A stretch of 32,000 nt of DNA. Source: an archaeon (GTDB lineage: Archaea; Iainarchaeota; Iainarchaeia; Iainarchaeales; 1-14-0-10-31-34). The notes below the pieces were generated by a model. That model worked only from the letters and a program-made list of their open reading frames with translations. It did no database searches and was not told the origin of the DNA. Of the stretch, positions 16,219 to 22,994 are shown piece by piece. Location of the stretch: NCBI GenBank assembly GCA_024277355.1, contig JAJRVL010000004.1, positions 390,001 through 422,000 on the forward strand, in the 5' to 3' direction. Position numbers and translations under genes: made by a program. Each line of letters opens with the position of its first letter. Position 1 is the first letter of the stretch.

Positions 16219-16614
16219 TTGGAAAAAAAATTTGTTAAAATAAGCCAATTAAAAGAAAACAGTTATGTATTGATTGATGATGTTGTATGCAGAATAAACA
16301 CAATAGATAAGTCAAAACCAGGAAAACATGGTTCTACTAAAGCAAGAATTACTGCAACTGGAGTTTTTCAAAACACAAAAAAAGGATTACTACAGCCTAC
16401 TTCAGCTGACGCACAAGTTCCAATAATAGAAAAAGGAACAGCACAAGTTGTAGCAGTAATGGGAAATTTACTTCAATTAATGGATACAACAACTTATGTT
16501 AGTTTTACTTCAGACATTCCGGAAGGATTAAAAGGATTAAAATCAGGAGATGAAGTAGAATACATGAAATACGGGGAAAGCGCAAAAGTTTTAAGGAAAA
16601 AAGTAACAGAATAA
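16219..16614 (+). CDS. eif5a: Translation initiation/elongation factor 5A (aIF5A)
   Basis: Hypusine loop 'SKPGKHGSTKARI'. TTG start, with AGGTGAT 6 nt upstream and no in-frame ATG available. Confidence 0.92.
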   Translation: MEKKFVKISQLKENSYVLIDDVVCRINTIDKSKPGKHGSTKARITATGVFQNTKKGLLQPTSADAQVPIIEKGTAQVVAVMGNLLQLMDTTTYVSFTSDIPEGLKGLKSGDEVEYMKYGESAKVLRKKVTE

Positions 16615-17349
16615 TTACTTTTCCTTGGCTTGATTCCATAACAGATTAAATTGTTTTCTGTAAGAGTCAGCTACTTTTTTATTTTCAATTAAAATATAAT
16701 AATTAGGGTTGCCCCATAAAAAAATTCCTACTTTATCTGCATAAACTTCAAAAGCAACATTGCCAAAAACTTCTTTTGGCAAAAACCTTACTTTTGTTAC
16801 AGTTTTAGGATAAAATGGCAAAAAAGCTTGTTTATGCATTATCATTCTTTCTTTTATTTTAAGCCGTTTAGCTCTTGCAAAATACTGATCAAGATAAGTC
16901 ATAAAATGAGGATCGGCTTTAGATAAAAAAGCATCATCAAAACCAAAAATTAATACTTCTTCATTTTTTTTTAATGAAGCAGTTACATCTAACAGCAAAG
17001 TTTTGTAAACAAATCTTCCTTTGTATAATTCAACTTTAATTTCTTCTTCTGAAATTTTCTGGAACGCCTCAAGTTTTGGAACAAGCTCCTGAATTCTTTC
17101 AAGCCTTGATTCAGCCATTTCAATAAGCCTTTTAGGAGAAGCAGCAGTAAAATTTTTTTTTCCTTCAATTAAAACAGAGGAAACAATTTCCTTCTCCATT
17201 AATCTTTCTAAAGCATCATAAATATAAGAACGGGAAAAACCAGTTTTTTTAACGATTAAATGAGGCGAAGAAGTTCCAAGTTTAAGTAAAACCAAATAGA
17301 TCTTTATTTCATTTTCAGTTAAGCCAAATTCTTTTAATTCCTGATCCAT
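16615..17349 (-). CDS. TrmB-family transcriptional regulator
   Basis: N-terminal wHTH 'LTENEIKIYLVLLKLGTSSPHLIVKKTGFSRSYIYDALERLMEKEIV' plus a TrmB-type C-terminal domain. Confidence 0.8.
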   Translation of the reverse strand: MDQELKEFGLTENEIKIYLVLLKLGTSSPHLIVKKTGFSRSYIYDALERLMEKEIVSSVLIEGKKNFTAASPKRLIEMAESRLERIQELVPKLEAFQKISEEEIKVELYKGRFVYKTLLLDVTASLKKNEEVLIFGFDDAFLSKADPHFMTYLDQYFARAKRLKIKERMIMHKQAFLPFYPKTVTKVRFLPKEVFGNVAFEVYADKVGIFLWGNPNYYILIENKKVADSYRKQFNLLWNQAKEK

Positions 17350-17377
17350 AAAAACAATACAGCAAACACATATTTAA

Positions 17378-17401
17378 TTGTCGTAGTTTGAACTACAACA
17401 G
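17378..17401. promoter_or_regulatory. Imperfect palindrome in the trmB divergent promoter region (candidate operator)
   Basis: TTGTCGTAGTT-TG-AACTACAACAG has a perfect GTAGTT/AACTAC core. It lies 29 nt from the trmB ATG and 49 nt from the divergent membrane ORF. Confidence 0.3.
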
Positions 17402-17449
17402 TTAAATAATACTCTTAAAAGCACTAATTTATACATAAAAGGTTTTGTT

Positions 17450-17722
17450 ATGTTGTCTTTAGAATGGATTCCGAAATTGTTTAGTTTGGATTTGCAGTGG
17501 TTTATTGAATTAGCAATGAATAATTTAGTGTGGGTTTTTATGTTTCTTGCAATAACTTTTGTTTTTAATGAAATGAAGTTTTCTCCTAAAATTTTTATTG
17601 TATTAATTTTAGGGTTAATTGGCTTTGAAGAATTTTTAGCTGAAATGGAAATATATTATTTAGTTGCAGGGTTTTTGTTTGTGTTTTATGTACTTGAACT
17701 GATTGTATTAGTTTTTGCATAA
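17450..17722 (+). CDS. Hypothetical multi-pass membrane protein (first of three same-frame segments)
   Basis: Hydrophobic helices are present (VWVFMFLAITFVF, IFIVLILGLIGF, LVAGFLFVFYVLELIVLVFA). It ends at a TAA, after which the same frame stays open. Confidence 0.5.
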   Translation: MLSLEWIPKLFSLDLQWFIELAMNNLVWVFMFLAITFVFNEMKFSPKIFIVLILGLIGFEEFLAEMEIYYLVAGFLFVFYVLELIVLVFA

Positions 17723-17815
17723 ACAATTCCTTCATTAAAAAACAAAATTCCTTTAGTTGAAACAATTTATTTTCTGACAATATTAGGAGTTTATTTTACT
17801 TTTTTAAGTGGTTAA

Positions 17816-17992
17816 ATGATAAAAAAATCTTTAATTCAGGGATTAGTTGTTTGTGCATTAATTTACTTTATCCTGATTTTTTTAAATATTCTTGGAATTA
17901 AATTAGCAAATGAATTTATTTTTTCATTTAACGGAATGCTTTCTTTTTACATTGCAGTGGCAGTAGGAATATTTATGTTTATGAGAATTTAA
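17816..17992 (+). CDS. Small hydrophobic ORF, 58 aa (third same-frame segment)
   Basis: Not in the ORF track. My translation is MIKKSLIQGLVVCALIYFILIFLNILGIKLANEFIFSFNGMLSFYIAVAVGIFMFMRI. Its ATG directly follows TAA 17813-17815 in the same frame as 17450-17722. Confidence 0.4.
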   Translation: MIKKSLIQGLVVCALIYFILIFLNILGIKLANEFIFSFNGMLSFYIAVAVGIFMFMRI

Positions 17993-18006
17993 AGAAAAAA
18001 TTTATT

Positions 18007-19530
18007 TTATTCAATTTTTTTAAATAAAATTTCTGGTTGACCTGTTTTTGTTCCTTCTTTTATTTGATTCCATTTTAAGGTTTCTTCAAATTTCATTGAA
18101 TTAATTCCTAATTGTTTCTGAATTTTTATTGCTGTTTCAGGCATAAAAGGATACAATAAAATACTTGAAACTCTTAAGGATTCAGATAAAGTATAAAGTA
18201 CATTAGCTAATTTTTCTTTTTCTTCTTTTTTAGCTAATTCCCATGGCTTTGAATCATTAATATATTTATTTGATGCATTAATTATTTCCCAGATTAAAGC
18301 TAAAGCTTTATTTAATTGCAGTTCATCAATTAATTTTCCTGTTTCTTCTGCGTTTTTTAAAGTTAAATCCCTTAATTCTTTATCCTGCTTAGAAATATTT
18401 ACTGCTTTAGGAATTTTTCCATCAAAATATTTTTCTATCATCACAATAGATCTATTTAATAAATTCCCTAAACTGTCAGCTAACTCAGAATTAATTCTTT
18501 GAACTAAAGCCTTCTCTGAGTAATCTCCATCTGAACCAAAAGGAATTTCTCTCATTAAAAAATAACGTAAAGCATCAACTGAATATTTTTCGCTTACTTC
18601 TACTGGATCAATTACATTTCCTTTTGACTTAGACATTTTTTGTCCTTCAACTGTAAGCCAGCCGTGACCAAAAACTTTTTTCGGCAAAGGCATTCCGGCA
18701 GACAATAACATTGCAGGCCAGATTACTGCATGAAATCTTACAATTTCTTTTCCCATTAAATGAACATCAGCAGGCCAAATAGATTTGAATTGCTTTGAAT
18801 TACTTCCATAACCAATTGCAGTAATATAATTCAGCAAAGCATCAAACCAGACATAAATTACGTGATTTTTGTTTAAAGGAACAGGAATACCCCATTTAAT
18901 TGAAGTCCTTGAAATAGATAAATCAGTTAACCCTTGTTTAATAAAATTTAATATTTCATTTTTTCTTGTTTCAGGCATTACAACATCAGCACTTTCAATA
19001 TAACCAATTAAAGCCTGTTCATATTTACTTAATTTAAAAAAATAAGATTCTTCTCTCATTATTTGAGTTTCTTTTCCGCATTCAAAACAAAATTTTTCTT
19101 CTTTTAATTGTGCTTTAGTATAATAAGTTTCACAAGGAACACAATAATGTCCTTCATATTCTCCTAAATAAATGTCTCCATTTTCATAAATTTTTTTAAA
19201 GAATTTTATAACTGCTTTTTCATGCATTAAATCAGTTGTACGAATAAAATAATCATAAGAAATATTTAGTTTTTTCCATGCTTCAGTAAAAAAAGGAATT
19301 AATTCATCCAAGAATTCTTTTGGGTTTTTTCCTTTTTCTTCTGCGGCTTTAAATATTTTTTCTCCATGTTCATCTGTTCCAGTAAGAAAAAAAACTTTTT
19401 CTCCTTTAATTCGATGAAATCTGGCTAAAATATCTGCAGATATATTAGTGTAAGCAGAACCAATATGAGGTTTATCGTTTACGTAATATAACGGAGTTGT
19501 AACATAAAATGTATTTTTTATTTTATTCAC
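18007..19530 (-). CDS. metG: Methionyl-tRNA synthetase (no C-terminal Trbp111-like domain)
   Basis: HIGH motif 'PHIGSAYT', KMSKS 'KMSKSKGN', zinc knuckle 'CVPCE...CFECG'. GTG start. Confidence 0.95.
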   Translation of the reverse strand: MNKIKNTFYVTTPLYYVNDKPHIGSAYTNISADILARFHRIKGEKVFFLTGTDEHGEKIFKAAEEKGKNPKEFLDELIPFFTEAWKKLNISYDYFIRTTDLMHEKAVIKFFKKIYENGDIYLGEYEGHYCVPCETYYTKAQLKEEKFCFECGKETQIMREESYFFKLSKYEQALIGYIESADVVMPETRKNEILNFIKQGLTDLSISRTSIKWGIPVPLNKNHVIYVWFDALLNYITAIGYGSNSKQFKSIWPADVHLMGKEIVRFHAVIWPAMLLSAGMPLPKKVFGHGWLTVEGQKMSKSKGNVIDPVEVSEKYSVDALRYFLMREIPFGSDGDYSEKALVQRINSELADSLGNLLNRSIVMIEKYFDGKIPKAVNISKQDKELRDLTLKNAEETGKLIDELQLNKALALIWEIINASNKYINDSKPWELAKKEEKEKLANVLYTLSESLRVSSILLYPFMPETAIKIQKQLGINSMKFEETLKWNQIKEGTKTGQPEILFKKIE

Positions 19531-19604
19531 CTTAAAAAAAAATTACAATACAAAGAGAAAAAAGCTATATATTATTTTGAAAGTTAAACAATTAAAAAAG
19601 GATA

Positions 19605-20309
19605 CTAAAGGTTTCTTATCCCTACTTCATCAAAAAAAGGCTCTAAGATTTTCTTTAATTCCATTAATTTTTCTTTTGCATAAGGTTCTTTATTTTTAAA
19701 TTCAGGATCTAATAAAGGAACTTCATTTCTAAACTGCTGTAAAAAAAAAGCTTTGCTTCCTTTTAACCATTCCCCAATTTTTTTTGCATCTTCCCCAGAA
19801 AAAAATTCAGGAATTATTGTAGTACGGAATTCATAATTTAAACCTGAATTTTTAATTAATTCAATACTTTCTTTTATTTTATTTAAATCAACTTTTACTT
19901 CACATATTTCAGAATATTTTTCTAATGAAGTTTTTATATCCATTGCAATAAAATCAACTAATTTTTTTTCAATTAATTCTTTCAGCATTTCAGGATTAGT
20001 TCCATTTGAATCTAATTTAACTAAAAAACCTTTTTCTTTAATTTTTTTACAAAACTCCGGTAAATCTTTATGCAAAGTAGGTTCTCCGCCTGTAATGCAG
20101 ACTCCTTCCAGCCATTTTTTCTTTGAATCCAAAAAATAAAAAAAATCTTTTTCAGGAAGTTCAGGAGCATCAGAAACAGAAACTAAAGCAGGATTCTGAC
20201 AAAAACCGCAGCGGAAATTACAGCCTTCAGTAAAAACCGTACACGCAACTTTTTCTGGAAAATCAATTAAAGTTGTTTTTTGCAGTCCTTTAATAATCAT
20301 AAAAATCAC
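19605..20309 (-). CDS. nrdG: Anaerobic ribonucleotide reductase activating protein (radical SAM)
   Basis: 'GCNFRCGFCQNP' CX3CX2C cluster and 'ITGGEPTL'. It sits immediately downstream of nrdD. ATG 20300 is an alternative start. Confidence 0.88.
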   Translation of the reverse strand: MIFMIIKGLQKTTLIDFPEKVACTVFTEGCNFRCGFCQNPALVSVSDAPELPEKDFFYFLDSKKKWLEGVCITGGEPTLHKDLPEFCKKIKEKGFLVKLDSNGTNPEMLKELIEKKLVDFIAMDIKTSLEKYSEICEVKVDLNKIKESIELIKNSGLNYEFRTTIIPEFFSGEDAKKIGEWLKGSKAFFLQQFRNEVPLLDPEFKNKEPYAKEKLMELKKILEPFFDEVGIRNL

Positions 20310-20353
20310 ATAAAAAAAATTAATTAAAAAAAAATAAAAAAAAGAAAAAAGAA

Positions 20354-20521
20354 TTAACAGATATTTGTTTCTGTTTTAAATGAATTACACATAGTTTTTT
20401 CTTCATTGTAAGCTAATCTGTCTTTAAATTCTTCTTTTTTTCCTATATTCCAATTCTGTACTGGCCTGTAATAACCAACAATTCTGGAATAAGTTTCGCA
20501 TTGCGAATCACATTTAGTCAT
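20354..20521 (-). CDS. nrdD: NrdD C-terminal glycyl-radical segment (55 aa), in frame with the pieces upstream
   Basis: Not in the ORF track. My translation is MTKCDSQCETYSRIVGYYRPVQNWNIGKKEEFKDRLAYNEEKTMCNSFKTETNIC. 'SRIVGYYRPV..WN.GK..EF.DR' is the class III RNR glycyl-radical motif. GGAGG lies 8 nt upstream of the ATG. Confidence 0.8.
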   Translation of the reverse strand: MTKCDSQCETYSRIVGYYRPVQNWNIGKKEEFKDRLAYNEEKTMCNSFKTETNIC

Positions 20522-20524
20522 TTT

Positions 20525-20800
20525 TTATGCCTCCTTTATTTCTATTTTAATTTTTTCTTTATTTGAATTTACTTTAGATTTATCTTCTGCATTATTACTA
20601 ACAGCTGAAACAGTCATAGGACACTGGAAGTGTTCTCCTTTAACATAACCATGAACCGGACAAACACTAAAAGTCGGAGTAATTGAATAATATGGAAGCC
20701 TTGTATTTTCTGCGATTTTTTTTACTAAAGCTTTGCATGTTTTTCCATCACTTATTTTTTCTCCTAAAAAAGTATGGAAAATTGTTCCGCCGGTATACAA
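20525..20800 (-). CDS. nrdD: NrdD middle segment; the open frame continues upstream to 20821
   Basis: 'YTGGTIFHTFLGE', 'LPYYSITPTFSVCPVHGYVKGEHFQCP'. The ORF track's TTG start has no SD. The segment is bounded by in-frame TAA codons on both sides. Confidence 0.8.
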   Translation of the reverse strand: MYTGGTIFHTFLGEKISDGKTCKALVKKIAENTRLPYYSITPTFSVCPVHGYVKGEHFQCPMTVSAVSNNAEDKSKVNSNKEKIKIEIKEA

Positions 20801-20821
20801 GTGTTGTATTTCATTCTGGTG

Positions 20822-22570
20822 TTATAATGCTTCAATTGCATCTTCTGTATGGCTTACAGGTAATTGAGTTGAATTTGTAAGATAAGGGGTTTCTTCTCCT
20901 GCAGTATAAATTTCAGGATGAGCTTTTTTATCCAACATTGCCAGCCTATATGAAGCTGATTCAGCAGGAGTTGCCTCCAAGTTATATAAATTCTGTGTTT
21001 CTTTCTGGAATTCAAAACATTTATTTCTCATAAAAGTTAATGTTTCAATTGCAAATTGTTTTCCTTCTTCTGAAGAAATATCTTTTCCTAAAAAATTAAC
21101 ACAAGCTTCATTCATTCCGCACAAACCAATAGTTGAAAAATGATTGTTAAAAGTTCCAAGATAAGCTTTAGTATAAGGCATTAAACCATTTTCCAAATTT
21201 TTGTTTATGATTTTTCTTTTAATTTCTAATGAAGTTTTAGCAAAATTCATGTAAGTTTCTATTGCATTAAAGAATTCTTCTTTTGTTTTAGATTCAAAAG
21301 CAATACGATTTACATTAATTGTTACTACTCCAATTGAACCAGTTGCATCCCCAGGACCCCACATTCCTCCAGGCCTGTTAATCAACTGACTGGTATCCAT
21401 GTTTAACCTGCAGCACATTGCCCGAATACTTTTAGGATCTAAATCTGAACCAACATAATTCTGGAAATAAGGAATCCCATATTTTGCAGTAACAGTAAAT
21501 AATAAATCTGCATTATCTGAATTCCAATTAAAAGTTTTAGTTAAATTGTATGTAGGAATAGGAAAAGTAAAAACTCTTCCGTTTGCATCTCCTTCCTGCA
21601 TTACTTCAAGAAAAGCTTTGTTAATCATGTCCATTTCTTTTTGCAAATCCCCGTAAGTAAATTCCTGTTCTTTTCCGCCAACAATTCCTTTATCTTTTTC
21701 TAAATCTTCAGGAACAGTCCAGTCAAAAGTTAAATTAGAAAATGGATACTGTGACCCCCAACGACTTGGAATATTTAAAGAATAAACTAATTCCTGCATG
21801 CATTGTTTTACCTGCCTGTAAGTCATATTATCTGCTCTGACAAAAGGAGCTAATAAAGTGTCAACAGAAGAAAATGCTTGTGCGCCTGCAAACTCCATTT
21901 GCAAGCAACCAATAAAATTCACCATTTGATGAACAACAACATCCATGTGTTTTGCTGGTTTTGCATCAACTTTGTTTGCTACTCCTCCAAAACCTTTAAC
22001 CAATAAGTCTTTCAAAGACCATCCTGCACAATAACCAATAAATCCATGGCTTAAGTCATGAATATGCATATAACCTTTTTTGTAGGCTTCACTTACTTCT
22101 TTTGGATAAATTTGTGTTAAAGCATAACTTGCAATAACTTTTCCTGCTGTGTGAAGAAGTAATCCTGAAAAAGAATAAGCTTCATTTGAATTTTCTTTTA
22201 CTCTCCAGTCATCCTGTTTAAGGTATTCATTTATTGTTTCTTCTACATCAATAAAAGTATCTTTCATTTCTCTTATTTTTGCATGCTGTTCTCTGTACAA
22301 AATATATGCTTTAGCTGTTTTTGCATGACCTTCTTCAACTAAAACTTTTTCAATTATATCCTGCATTTGTTCAACTGAAGGAATATCAGTTCCGGAATCA
22401 AATTTAATTCTTAAAACAAATTCAACTTTGTCTGCAAGTTTTTTTGCTGCTTCAAGGTTTGAGCCTCCAACACTTTTTGCAGCATTAAAAATAGCCTGAA
22501 CTATTTTTTCTTTGTCAAAAGACACTATTTTATTGTTTCTTTTTCTTATGTTCTTTAAATATTCAGCCAT
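20822..22570 (-). CDS. nrdD: Anaerobic ribonucleoside-triphosphate reductase (class III), main body, truncated by an in-frame TAA
   Basis: N-terminal ATP-cone 'KRNNKIVSFDKEKIVQAI', 'HIHDLS', 'MCCRLN', 'LEATPAES', 'TNSTQLPV'. GAGGGG SD lies upstream of ATG 22570, which is preferred over the ORF track's GTG 22594. Confidence 0.92.
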   Translation of the reverse strand: MAEYLKNIRKRNNKIVSFDKEKIVQAIFNAAKSVGGSNLEAAKKLADKVEFVLRIKFDSGTDIPSVEQMQDIIEKVLVEEGHAKTAKAYILYREQHAKIREMKDTFIDVEETINEYLKQDDWRVKENSNEAYSFSGLLLHTAGKVIASYALTQIYPKEVSEAYKKGYMHIHDLSHGFIGYCAGWSLKDLLVKGFGGVANKVDAKPAKHMDVVVHQMVNFIGCLQMEFAGAQAFSSVDTLLAPFVRADNMTYRQVKQCMQELVYSLNIPSRWGSQYPFSNLTFDWTVPEDLEKDKGIVGGKEQEFTYGDLQKEMDMINKAFLEVMQEGDANGRVFTFPIPTYNLTKTFNWNSDNADLLFTVTAKYGIPYFQNYVGSDLDPKSIRAMCCRLNMDTSQLINRPGGMWGPGDATGSIGVVTINVNRIAFESKTKEEFFNAIETYMNFAKTSLEIKRKIINKNLENGLMPYTKAYLGTFNNHFSTIGLCGMNEACVNFLGKDISSEEGKQFAIETLTFMRNKCFEFQKETQNLYNLEATPAESASYRLAMLDKKAHPEIYTAGEETPYLTNSTQLPVSHTEDAIEAL

Positions 22571-22994
22571 TTTTCCCCTCTTTATTTTCCACAAGAAAAA
22601 AACGCAAAAGAAATATATAAAGGTTCTCTGATAAAACCAATTGGTTAATTTTTCTTAGTTTTTTTCATAAAAAGTTTGTTTTACTAAGAACATTTTTTTC
22701 ATTTTTTCATTTAACTTAGTTTTTTTAACTGTCTGTTTTGAATTACAATAAAATGTCTGGTATATACTGTTTAAAGCAGTGTCAACACCCACTTTACGCA
22801 GTGCATTTCCTGCTGGAAATCCTGTAGTTTGGTTTTCGAACTATAAAGGATTATATTTTTCTAAGACATAATAAATATGACAAAAAAATTCGTGTTTTAA
22901 CCCAATACCTTGTTAAAAAACTTGTTTTTCAGAGGCAATTACCTCTATAAAACAATTAAAACTAAAAAAAACATATTTATTTGAGGGGTATTGA

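Noticed and set aside
11415-22570. Global reassignment of TAA to a sense codon
   Set aside because: TAA terminates Sm, aIF5A, L15e, PsmA, Rrp41, Rrp42, Rrp4, MCM and Rio1 at or near their natural C-termini. In-frame TAAs are rare, about 5 in roughly 10,000 codons. Only site-specific readthrough, mutation or sequencing error remain viable.
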